Of a stretch of DNA of 64,000 nucleotides, positions 28,229 to 36,831 are shown in pieces (position 1 is the first letter of the stretch; the number at the start of each line of letters is the position of its first letter). The notes beneath the pieces are model-generated. The model saw only the letters and a program-made list of their open reading frames with translations, did no database searches and was not told the DNA's origin. Both the position numbers and the translations under genes were made by a program. Location of the stretch: IMG/VR virus record IMGVR_UViG_3300044213_000107, positions 1 through 64,000 of that record; one strand, 5' to 3'.

Positions 28229-31207
28229 TTATACCTCATATCCTGCTTGACGCATTTCTAACAACATACTATCAAGTAAGGAATCATAATCTTCTTTAAT
28301 GTGTCCACCTACAGGACTGGTGCTGTCTACTGCCACCGGCATGTTGCTGTCTTCTGTTTGTCGAGCAGGTCTGCAATCAAGTATAGTAGCATTATGTCGT
28401 TCTGCCCAATCACGTGCGGCAGATTCACTGCTAAACACTCGTGTTGCTAATACACGTTGATCTCTACGATTATACACATAATAACGACATTCTACTGCGG
28501 TGTTTTCGGCCAAATGCCATGCCGCTTGGTCCGCATCATGATCTGGTCTTACTGCTTTATTTTTTTGTACTTCGGCAGCACCTAGTCCTAGTTTGGCTCG
28601 ACGCTTTTTTTCTGCCATTTGTGTTTCGTAGTCTTTTATGCCGTGATAAACTTCACCGTGTGGTGGTTGCAAAGGACGATCCTTTGACACTAGATTTTTA
28701 ACATCAGAGTAGTTTATTTTTGGTTTCTTTTTAGGACTTTGAAATCCGAAGATACTTTCTTGTTCAATGTCTTCGTGCCATTGATTGTTGCTGCCGGCCC
28801 AAGCATCTCCTTGATCGCTATGCCATTGGTTGTCAGCGCCTGTCCATGCATCTTCGTCTACACTTTGCTCACGAATAAAATCGTCATCGCCGTAGTGTAA
28901 TTCCCAAGGCTCAATAAAATCATCGTCATCACGTTGTCTTGGTGCTATACCAGTGCCATGACATACTCTGCAACTGGTATTATCAGTAAGTCCTTCGCCA
29001 GTGCCACGACATGTATAACACTCGTTATCAGCATCTTCTGGGCCTTCGGACACTTTTGCTACTGGTGGTTTTTGCTTGGCTATCTCTAATTCATTTGTTG
29101 TAACAACTTTAAATTGTGCGCCGCCACCGCGTGCCAATAGTGTTTTAATTTTATCTGCGGAACCATAGTTATCACCGGCAACTACAACAGTTCCATCGGG
29201 TTGGATTTGTTTTATAACTCTAGTAACAAAAGCATGATCTGTATTAGGATACTGTTTTTGCACTGCCGCTAGTCCACGTTGCAATGCTTGTGAGGCTTGT
29301 TGCATTTGTGGAGTTTGCTGACTATCTTCCGCCACACCTTGCTTACCTCCATGGACGGCATTTAATAATAATTGGTATAGTGCTTTTTTAGCAAGATCAA
29401 ATGATGGGAATACTTGTTTGTTTTTTGTACTTCTGTTTACGTAAATTTTGTATACATTACCTTGTTTTACTAAACGATATTCGTTTCCATTTATTGTTTT
29501 AAGGAATAATAACTTAATATGTGCGGATGGATCATCTGATATTGTAAACTCACCTTCCGCCAATTGTTTACCGGTCAAAGTTATAGTTTTATCCGGATTC
29601 ATTCTAATAATTCTGTCGTTTAATAAACTTGTATAAACATGACGTTGTGCAGGTGTAATACCATTTCTATCTATCTTAAAAGGCAGATTATGATTTTCTG
29701 CTGTTTCAATGGCCTTTATTAATAATATTTTACCATGTCCCAACCCTCTGACGTCGGAATGTATCATGGCATCATTCTCTACATCATTTGTTTCAGGGAA
29801 ATATTGATAGGCAAAAAATCCTGCTTCTCTACCGTCTACGGCCAGTTCAACTTCAAATGATGTTTCGTAGTTATCTCTTGAGAATATGTTAAAAGATGGT
29901 TGTGATTGTTCTGAGCCTTCCGCCACACCTTCTTTGTATGTAACAGGATCAGTTTGTTTTAAAAATTCGTCAGGATCAAAATCTTTTACACTATAGGATT
30001 CGATATAGTCTTTATAATTTGATAATTTTTTAATTATCTCGGGGGAATTGTTAATCCACATAGCACGAGGAACATCTAATACAGTATATTGTCCTTCTGA
30101 CATTAATTTTATATTGTTATAATGTTCAGGAATCCCTGGCATAAATGTAGTAAAATATTTTAATAAACTCATTAGTGATGTATAATTTTTATACAAAGGA
30201 TCTGTTTTGGAAGTAGTAGACATTGACACCGCGGTTGCAATAGCAGGCATTATTGGACCATTTGGGGCAATAACCTCATCGATTAATTGCTGACGCAAAT
30301 TCTCTTTAATTTTTGCATCTTCAGAATTAGTAGTATTTTGATTACTAGTATTATTTTTTGACGGGTTCACTGTAGATTTTTGTGATGCCGGTTCCGTAGG
30401 ATTGATATTATTTTGCCATGAACTTCTAGTATTTTTTTGTTGAAAATTATCTTTTGATTGAACATATTTTTTAATGTAATCGTATACGGCCTCTGCTCCA
30501 GAAAATGCTGCAGTCGCTATTCCTATACTTGCTAAATCGATACCTACTTTCTTTAAAAAATTTCTACGATTGTTATTAGGTGACTGGTTGGGTTGTGCTT
30601 TAGGCGGCTCTTGCGAAGCACGCTCTGCATTCACTGCGTCCAATATTTCTTTTTCGGTAATGTTGTACTTACGCATCAATGCCGATAATTGTCTTTTCAA
30701 TAAATCTGTTTCGTGCTGAGGTTTATTATGACTATTTTGTATTTCTTTATATAATTGAATACAACTATTTAACGCCCCATCTCTTGTACCAGCCTCCGCT
30801 ACACCTTGTAAACTCTTGCGAATAGCAGCAGAAGTTTTATCAATCTGCTTACCAGTGGCCCGCATTACATTGCCCATACGGTCTGTGGCTTGGCGGTGCT
30901 TGCCAGCAGCAGCAAGTTCGTCTGCAGACTTTCGAGCCTTTTGTTTATAACTAGACAATGTGTCTGAACTTAGTTCGTCAACTATTTCATCTTGGCTTTC
31001 ATCTGCAGGTCTTGTATAAACTTGTTGTACATTTTTTGGATCTTTATCAAGGATTACATTCGGCAATGGTGCATTTTTATCTTTTGCAAAATGCTGGCGC
31101 ATGTCTGCAACGCTAGGTGTTGGTTTAGGTGCAGGTTTTTTAGCAGGCTGAAAATGAAAAATTCCTTCTACAGATTTTTCTTTTTCAAATAAATCGCTGA
31201 TAAACAT
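28229..31207 (-). CDS. 992-aa modular polyprotein, putative internal head protein (includes a GNAT module, DnaJ-type Zn finger, Tat-like segment)
   Basis: MFISDLFE N-terminus; modules joined by QGVAEA/EGVAEG/QLAEG/QGVAED/KVSEG; RGLGHGK acetyl-CoA motif; CYTCRGTG/CRVCHGTG. Confidence 0.7.
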   Translation of the reverse strand: MFISDLFEKEKSVEGIFHFQPAKKPAPKPTPSVADMRQHFAKDKNAPLPNVILDKDPKNVQQVYTRPADESQDEIVDELSSDTLSSYKQKARKSADELAAAGKHRQATDRMGNVMRATGKQIDKTSAAIRKSLQGVAEAGTRDGALNSCIQLYKEIQNSHNKPQHETDLLKRQLSALMRKYNITEKEILDAVNAERASQEPPKAQPNQSPNNNRRNFLKKVGIDLASIGIATAAFSGAEAVYDYIKKYVQSKDNFQQKNTRSSWQNNINPTEPASQKSTVNPSKNNTSNQNTTNSEDAKIKENLRQQLIDEVIAPNGPIMPAIATAVSMSTTSKTDPLYKNYTSLMSLLKYFTTFMPGIPEHYNNIKLMSEGQYTVLDVPRAMWINNSPEIIKKLSNYKDYIESYSVKDFDPDEFLKQTDPVTYKEGVAEGSEQSQPSFNIFSRDNYETSFEVELAVDGREAGFFAYQYFPETNDVENDAMIHSDVRGLGHGKILLIKAIETAENHNLPFKIDRNGITPAQRHVYTSLLNDRIIRMNPDKTITLTGKQLAEGEFTISDDPSAHIKLLFLKTINGNEYRLVKQGNVYKIYVNRSTKNKQVFPSFDLAKKALYQLLLNAVHGGKQGVAEDSQQTPQMQQASQALQRGLAAVQKQYPNTDHAFVTRVIKQIQPDGTVVVAGDNYGSADKIKTLLARGGGAQFKVVTTNELEIAKQKPPVAKVSEGPEDADNECYTCRGTGEGLTDNTSCRVCHGTGIAPRQRDDDDFIEPWELHYGDDDFIREQSVDEDAWTGADNQWHSDQGDAWAGSNNQWHEDIEQESIFGFQSPKKKPKINYSDVKNLVSKDRPLQPPHGEVYHGIKDYETQMAEKKRRAKLGLGAAEVQKNKAVRPDHDADQAAWHLAENTAVECRYYVYNRRDQRVLATRVFSSESAARDWAERHNATILDCRPARQTEDSNMPVAVDSTSPVGGHIKEDYDSLLDSMLLEMRQAGYEV
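29326..29340 (-). repeat. GVAE repeat copy 1 (AAGGTGTGGCGGAAG)
   Basis: Exact 15-bp match to copies 2, 4 and 5. Confidence 0.9.
29913..29932 (-). repeat. GVAE repeat copy 2 (GAAGGTGTGGCGGAAGGCTC)
   Basis: 20 bp identical to 32790-32809. Confidence 0.9.
30792..30808 (-). repeat. GVAE repeat copy 3, degenerate (CAAGGTGTAGCGGAGGC)
   Basis: Near match encoding QGVAEA. Confidence 0.75.
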
Positions 31208-32631
31208 TATTTCATTGCTCCTGCAGATTTAACCAAGTTTGCTAATTGTTGTCCTTGGGGACCTTGTAAAATTTTACCTAGTGCTGGCGCCATTTTACTT
31301 ATAGCAGCTTGATCAGCGGTGCTCATAGGTGCACCTGTTTCGGCTTTTTGTAATGCTGGTCCAGTTTTAGCTGGATCTACATCAACACCGGCAGTTTTTA
31401 GAACGCCAAGATTCTTTTGTTGTAATGCTTGTTGTTGTTGTAGTTTTGCAGCATCTTGAGGTTTGTTTGCACCACCAGCGGTTGTTTGTGCCATGGTTGT
31501 TTGTGCAGTGGGTGTGAGATCTTCTGCCATATCCTCATCCATGCTGCCTTTTAATAACCCTGCTTTTTCCATAGCTGCCGACGATTCGGGCCCTAACTTT
31601 TGTACACCACTAGCAACACCTTTAGCATTGATGGCAATATATGGAGCAGGTGTCCTTACCATTCCGTTGTTAGACACAATGTATGTGTTGTTTTGTGTAT
31701 CCAATACCGCTTTAACTGTTTGTCCAGCAAAAGGTACAGTAGTTAAAGTAAATCCATTGCCTAGATCTTGTTGTGCATGTGCACCTAGCGCACCCAATGC
31801 CATGGCCCCGCCAACAACTGCATCTTTCCAGCCTTCCGCCACACCTTCATTAGGCACACAGTTGTTTACACGCACACCACCTTTGATCTTTGTACCTTCT
31901 TTGTGCTTACCAGTCCAGCACTTGGGATCTAGGCGTGTTTTAATTTCGTTTACAGCTGCACCTGTGGGTACAGCACTTTCGCAATTCCACTTGCGTAGTG
32001 CTTTATTGATACGGCTATTTGGATCTCTCTTGGTCTTGGCTCCAGTACGATGTTTCTTCATACCTTTCATACGAGCACAAAAACTCTTACGACGCTTTGA
32101 GGCCTTTGAGCCTTTCTTTAACTTGCTGGGTTTGGTTGTGACTGCAGTTTGTAGTTTGCTACCAGGATGACTACGACGATAACTTGCTACACCTTTTTTA
32201 TTCAAGCCGCCATTTTTATTCTTACCTGATGACTTTTGCCAGGCTTCTGCTTCGGCTAATAATTCTTCATCATCACAGTCATCGAAATCTTCCCAGATTA
32301 GATCTGCGTCAACACCATTTTGTTCAGCAATTGACTCAATCATTTCTTCAATAATGTCAAACTGCGAATTTAACAATTGTTCTTCTACTAGTAGATCCGC
32401 CTGAAACTGTTGCCAAGCTTCACTGATTTCCCGATGAACATTTCGTTCTTTGCTGGTACGATCAAGTTCTGGTAGTACACTTTCGGCGGCACCAACAAGG
32501 CGACCTTTGAACGGATGTTGCTTACCACCAGTCTTGGCTTTTTCAGTTCCACGCACTTGATCGCCGGGTTTTTGTCCTACCGCTTGTCCGGCGAACTTAT
32601 CCATTGATTCTAATAGTTTACGCATGTCCAT
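31207..32631 (-). CDS. Modular polyprotein, putative internal head protein (basic AW..GKN..GGLN module, CW.G...NCV module, signal-peptide-like module)
   Basis: MDMRKLLES start; junctions LLAE, VNE, EGVAEG, MDEDMAED. Confidence 0.7.
   Translation of the reverse strand: MDMRKLLESMDKFAGQAVGQKPGDQVRGTEKAKTGGKQHPFKGRLVGAAESVLPELDRTSKERNVHREISEAWQQFQADLLVEEQLLNSQFDIIEEMIESIAEQNGVDADLIWEDFDDCDDEELLAEAEAWQKSSGKNKNGGLNKKGVASYRRSHPGSKLQTAVTTKPSKLKKGSKASKRRKSFCARMKGMKKHRTGAKTKRDPNSRINKALRKWNCESAVPTGAAVNEIKTRLDPKCWTGKHKEGTKIKGGVRVNNCVPNEGVAEGWKDAVVGGAMALGALGAHAQQDLGNGFTLTTVPFAGQTVKAVLDTQNNTYIVSNNGMVRTPAPYIAINAKGVASGVQKLGPESSAAMEKAGLLKGSMDEDMAEDLTPTAQTTMAQTTAGGANKPQDAAKLQQQQALQQKNLGVLKTAGVDVDPAKTGPALQKAETGAPMSTADQAAISKMAPALGKILQGPQGQQLANLVKSAGAMK
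31831..31848 (-). repeat. GVAE repeat copy 4 (GAAGGTGTGGCGGAAGGC)
   Basis: 18-bp exact match to copies 2 and 5. Confidence 0.9.
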
Positions 32632-32632
32632 A

Positions 32633-33130
32633 TTAATATACACCTTTTCCTACTTGCACCACCTGAGGTCTACGAATAACATTGCTGATCTTTTTTGGTT
32701 TTCCAGTTGGTGGTTTTCCACCTAATTCACCGACCACCGCACCAATGCTGGCTGCACCAGTTGCACCACCAGTTGCATCTTCTTTTAAGGAGCCTTCCGC
32801 CACACCTTCCTCTAACACAGCCGTTAATTGTTGTTGAGCTGACTCCATAGCAAACTCGGGCATGCCTTCGGCTTCTTGGCTTAATTGATCATACTCTAAA
32901 TATTCACGCACAGTTTTTAAATAGTCTGCAGCAATGCTGATCTTTTCACTGACCCATCCATCGAGCCCGTCTAGTTCTGATACTCGTTTTAATAGTTTGT
33001 GCAATTCAATTGCATCTTTTGCAGCGTGATAACATTCTTCACGAGCCATTTGTACTTCGTGGTCTTTGTGCATAGCATGTGCATCATCGCCGATAAATTC
33101 ATTTTCTACGATAAAATCTGTGGTTTTCAT
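32633..33130 (-). CDS. Putative internal head protein
   Basis: MKTTDFIVE closely resembles the T4 capsid-targeting sequence MKTYQEFIAE; contains EEGVAEG. Confidence 0.7.
   Translation of the reverse strand: MKTTDFIVENEFIGDDAHAMHKDHEVQMAREECYHAAKDAIELHKLLKRVSELDGLDGWVSEKISIAADYLKTVREYLEYDQLSQEAEGMPEFAMESAQQQLTAVLEEGVAEGSLKEDATGGATGAASIGAVVGELGGKPPTGKPKKISNVIRRPQVVQVGKGVY
32790..32809 (-). repeat. GVAE repeat copy 5 (GAAGGTGTGGCGGAAGGCTC)
   Basis: 20 bp identical to 29913-29932. Confidence 0.9.
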
Positions 33131-33152
33131 GGTAATTATCCTGGGTATAGTG

Positions 33153-33159
33153 TATTTAG
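33153..33159 (-). promoter_or_regulatory. Late promoter (CTAAATA) for the internal-protein block
   Basis: TAAATA consensus. Confidence 0.55.
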
Positions 33160-33426
33160 TTAGCCGATATTGAACACAGTATCTGAACTTTGACCGTTAA
33201 CCTGTACATTTCTTACACTAAATGTGCCGTTAGCATCGAGTGCTTCTAGTCTTACTGCATGTGTTCCGGGGTCAAGATTACAAATAACTGTTTCTTGCAG
33301 ATATATTTCTGCTGGCGGAAATCTAAAAGTTCTTTCGGTGATTAAATCACGATCAACATAAATCCTGTATGCCGGAGCAGCATCTGCGTAATCACAATAG
33401 ATATCTGCAGAGATCTTAACTTCCAT
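33160..33426 (-). CDS. Hypothetical beta-rich protein
   Basis: ORF track; weak similarity to 34524-34994 (P.Y/F.I.V, L..G...L). Confidence 0.65.
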   Translation of the reverse strand: MEVKISADIYCDYADAAPAYRIYVDRDLITERTFRFPPAEIYLQETVICNLDPGTHAVRLEALDANGTFSVRNVQVNGQSSDTVFNIG

Positions 33427-34492
33427 GTTGTGCTCGCAGTTGTTTTAGTTGATGTTGCAACTTACCTAATGTTTCTACTAAACGAAATGCACGAGCATTT
33501 TTCATTGGTGTATCTGGGTGCACATCCCGGGTTAGGCTCATGCTATAACGTGGGTCTCGCGCCATTTTAGCATTGCTGGCGACAACACCAACTCCGGCTG
33601 CTTCATTAACTGACAAATCTTTTATTAACTTTGATAATTGTTTTATCTGTTGCGCAACACGTTCTAGTTTTTCTTCGGTGCTGTGTTCTTCTTGTTCAAC
33701 ATGATCAACATCACGTTCTTCTTTGTCCAACACATACATCGCTAGTGCTTGATCGTCGGTTTTTGCTATTGGATACATAACACGTGCACGTCTGACTAAA
33801 AGATCAACTTTGGTGTTAGAATGCTCGTGGCTTTCGGCAACTGCTTTAGGTATTTTATCTAGAATTAACCCAATTTCTGGATCTGCACGACCATACAATT
33901 GTTTAATGTATTCTAATCTTGCAGTAGGATCATCCCGTACCATGTTCCAGAGATTCCTGCAGTCTGTACCATGGCTAGCATCGTATGTTTTGCCACCGAT
34001 TACTAAACTGGCCTTTACTTCAGGAACAATAATAACATAGCCATGTTGGTCAGCAGTAGTGGCTTCTTTGATGTTTTTCCAGGTTTTGAAGTAAGTTTCG
34101 TCACCGGCACGTATGCTTTTTGCAGGATTGTCTCGTTTATAAACAGCATCGGGTTGGAGTCTATCTGCATCTGGCGCCCCAACTGCAGTGATAAAAATAG
34201 TATTGGTTTTATCTATGCTGTCTGGTAATGCGTACACATTACTGGTTTCTACAACACGATCCTGCGGAACGCCGGCGGCAGTCATTAGTTGTATTTTATC
34301 GCTAAAATTAAAAGGACTTTTAGCGCCATCAGTTTTGTTGCTGGTTAAAATATACACCGCATCACGGCCAAATTTAGCCTGCAGTTGTTGAAAAACCGCA
34401 GCATGTCCACGGTGAAAAGGTTGAAAGCGGCCAGGATAAGTTACTACTATTCTGGGACCGCTTTCTTTTATAAACATTTCAGCAATAAACAT
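33416..34492 (-). CDS. Cytidylyltransferase-like (HxGH) protein with capsid-targeting-like N-terminus
   Basis: YPGRFQPFHRGH, SPFNFSDK; MFIAEMFIKE N-terminus; VAE/VNE junctions in C-terminal part. Confidence 0.8.
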   Translation of the reverse strand: MFIAEMFIKESGPRIVVTYPGRFQPFHRGHAAVFQQLQAKFGRDAVYILTSNKTDGAKSPFNFSDKIQLMTAAGVPQDRVVETSNVYALPDSIDKTNTIFITAVGAPDADRLQPDAVYKRDNPAKSIRAGDETYFKTWKNIKEATTADQHGYVIIVPEVKASLVIGGKTYDASHGTDCRNLWNMVRDDPTARLEYIKQLYGRADPEIGLILDKIPKAVAESHEHSNTKVDLLVRRARVMYPIAKTDDQALAMYVLDKEERDVDHVEQEEHSTEEKLERVAQQIKQLSKLIKDLSVNEAAGVGVVASNAKMARDPRYSMSLTRDVHPDTPMKNARAFRLVETLGKLQHQLKQLRAQHGS

Positions 34493-34523
34493 AAAAAATC
34501 TCGCCTATTGCTGTATTTAGCAG

Positions 34524-34994
34524 TTACATATTTTCCAGTAACCAGATGTAAAATGGACTTTCAAACGCAATCTTATATGCGCCATTCCACCCTAGATTAA
34601 CACATTCACGCATTGTTGTAATAGTTTTGCCGTTGTTGACTACTGGTGTATCTAATACATATTCACTGGCTTTGTGTCGTAAGTTACCAATATCAATATC
34701 GTCAATTATAATGCTTTCTATGTTTAGTAACATATCTTGCAAAATAGTCCATGTGCCATCTGCATCTGTTTCTGTTACAGTATCGCCATCGGCTTTGTTT
34801 AGCAAAACAACAGCAAGCACCGCAGGACCTTCAGGTAAATCAACAGAAAATTCATGTGTTTCTACTGATCCCGACTCGCCCGATATAGTAGTCCTTACAT
34901 ATTCAGTGTCATTTACCCGAATAGCAAATTCTGGTCGTTTTGACCAGTATGTGCCCGAAACGCCAATTTTAAAATTTAATGCTTCTGTGGTCAT
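34524..34994 (-). CDS. Hypothetical protein
   Basis: ORF track; ATGA coupling. Confidence 0.7.
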   Translation of the reverse strand: MTTEALNFKIGVSGTYWSKRPEFAIRVNDTEYVRTTISGESGSVETHEFSVDLPEGPAVLAVVLLNKADGDTVTETDADGTWTILQDMLLNIESIIIDDIDIGNLRHKASEYVLDTPVVNNGKTITTMRECVNLGWNGAYKIAFESPFYIWLLENM

Positions 34995-35893
34995 GCTGCT
35001 GGAGCCTTGTCGGTTTTTGCAGCCATTTTCATAGCATCACTTAATGCCTGTGGAACTGCTAGTTCTTTGTTGTCTAGTTCTAGTCCTTGTCCAACTGGTT
35101 GTCCAAACTGTGGCATTTTGCTTAAATCACCAGCAAACTCGTAATGTCCAATGTGATTTAACAATACTTTACCGTGCGCCCAAATCTCTCCGCCAATCTT
35201 AGACCAGCGACGGCAAAATAACCAGTCTTCGCTTAGATAATGTCCACGTTCATCAATGTTGCAATCAAAAATTGCATACATCATTGGCTCGTATTGTTTA
35301 CCTAAGCCAACATCGTCGACATATTTTGACTCAGGATGTTCCTGAATCAAACGCTCATAAACACCACGCTTAAACATTAAGAAACCAGTGCCCATTGTGT
35401 CTACAGTAAAGATATCACCTTGTACTTTTGTCTGTTGATTTAAGTTAATAACATAGTTAACCGGCAATGCTTTTTTAGGATACAATCCGCCAATAACATC
35501 TTTATCGCAGGCCATCATTTGCAAAATACTTTCTGGTTGGAAACGAATATCTGCATCAATAAACATAAAGTGAGTTGCTTGTTTATTGGTCATCATTTTA
35601 GCCATTAGATTATTACGTGCTCGTTGTACTAAAGATTCGTTTACCATAGTATCAAGCGACCAGTTAAGTCCTGCTTGCTGAGCCAATAAAATAAAACGTA
35701 AAAAACTAGTCATTGTCGGCTCAGATACCATGCCACCATAGCATGGAATACCAATGTGCAAATGACATTTTGTAAAATCAAACGGCACACCTTGTTGTGG
35801 TGTAGCTGATTGTTGAGCTTGACGTGCGGCAGCAGCTTTGATCATTTCTACTGCGCTTTTTTGATTAACAGGGGTTGGAGTTTTCTTACTCAT
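34991..35893 (-). CDS. GT-A fold glycosyltransferase-like protein
   Basis: IPCYGG, RARN, FIDADI (DxD), GTGFL, LSEDWLFC. Confidence 0.8.
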   Translation of the reverse strand: MSKKTPTPVNQKSAVEMIKAAAARQAQQSATPQQGVPFDFTKCHLHIGIPCYGGMVSEPTMTSFLRFILLAQQAGLNWSLDTMVNESLVQRARNNLMAKMMTNKQATHFMFIDADIRFQPESILQMMACDKDVIGGLYPKKALPVNYVINLNQQTKVQGDIFTVDTMGTGFLMFKRGVYERLIQEHPESKYVDDVGLGKQYEPMMYAIFDCNIDERGHYLSEDWLFCRRWSKIGGEIWAHGKVLLNHIGHYEFAGDLSKMPQFGQPVGQGLELDNKELAVPQALSDAMKMAAKTDKAPAA

Positions 35894-35910
35894 TTGGGTC
35901 TTTCTTTAGG

Positions 35911-36087
35911 TTATGCTTTGCTTATTTCTACAACGACACCTTCGCCGAGCAATTCTTGTGCTACATCTTCTAATGCAGCCAATGTTGTTGCGCTAACAAG
36001 ATCACTGTCAGTTATAGTACCATTTGGATCATTTTTTTGTAGTTTACTTACTGTGATAACAATCACTTCTTCTTGAATACGTGCCAT
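35911..36087 (-). CDS. Small hypothetical protein (58 aa, not in ORF track)
   Basis: AGGAG RBS, AATAAATA promoter; MARIQEEVIVITVSKL...GVVVEISKA. Confidence 0.7.
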   Translation of the reverse strand: MARIQEEVIVITVSKLQKNDPNGTITDSDLVSATTLAALEDVAQELLGEGVVVEISKA

Positions 36088-36114
36088 GTTGGCTCCTTGA
36101 TAATATACTACTAT

Positions 36115-36831
36115 TTATTCAGGCCTATGCACCAGTTCATGAATTTTTCTCACAAACCCGGGACTAATAATAGACAAAAAAGTAGCTATCTTTTCATCGT
36201 TGGCATAAAAAAATGCGCCATAAAGATAATTAAAAATTTGAAATTGGCGTATGGTGCCTGCACTTAGTTTAACATCATCTTGTGAATTTAAATAGTTAAA
36301 AATCGATGATCTTACATCATCGGGATAATATCCATCTCTGATCATGAATTTAAATTTATACTCAGGTTTTTGTTTTCTAATAATTTTGTCGCTACTGAGT
36401 ATTTCTAAATCTTCGTTGTCTTTGGGCCATGTTACACTTTGGATTTTTGACTGTAGAGATTCGTTCATGGCAACAGCAACCTCTCGCAATACCTCTTGGT
36501 CTTCGGTATAAATCTGCACATAAGGATCTTCAATACGAATTTTTATTTTTGATCCAAACGAATCTTTAATGTCTCGAAGATTTTGTAGATCTGCAGAGGA
36601 AAATAAGTCAACATTTCTACGTGGACGCCAACTACCACCAAAATTATAATGCCGAATATTAAAAATCATAGCATCTAACTCGGCGGATATATTGCCAGTC
36701 CTAGCATCTGTTACTACACGACTGCCGTGCACTACTAGTTCCATGCGACAATAAAAACGATTGTAGTATCGTTTTTTTGTAAATAGGTAGTTAATGTTTT
36801 TATTGATCTTGCGCCAAAACGATGAAGCCAT
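36115..36831 (-). CDS. Hypothetical protein (start uncertain)
   Basis: ORF track. Confidence 0.6.
   Translation of the reverse strand: MASSFWRKINKNINYLFTKKRYYNRFYCRMELVVHGSRVVTDARTGNISAELDAMIFNIRHYNFGGSWRPRRNVDLFSSADLQNLRDIKDSFGSKIKIRIEDPYVQIYTEDQEVLREVAVAMNESLQSKIQSVTWPKDNEDLEILSSDKIIRKQKPEYKFKFMIRDGYYPDDVRSSIFNYLNSQDDVKLSAGTIRQFQIFNYLYGAFFYANDEKIATFLSIISPGFVRKIHELVHRPE

Noticed and set aside
31463-32170. 235-aa plus-strand ORF and other antisense ORFs (36981-37496, 40081-40596, 34627-35034)
   Set aside because: Shadow frames of well-supported minus-strand genes; no RBS, promoter or motifs.
29326-32809. GVAE repeats as a CRISPR array
   Set aside because: Repeats are 15-20 bp, spaced hundreds of bp apart, in frame within coding sequence; no cas genes.
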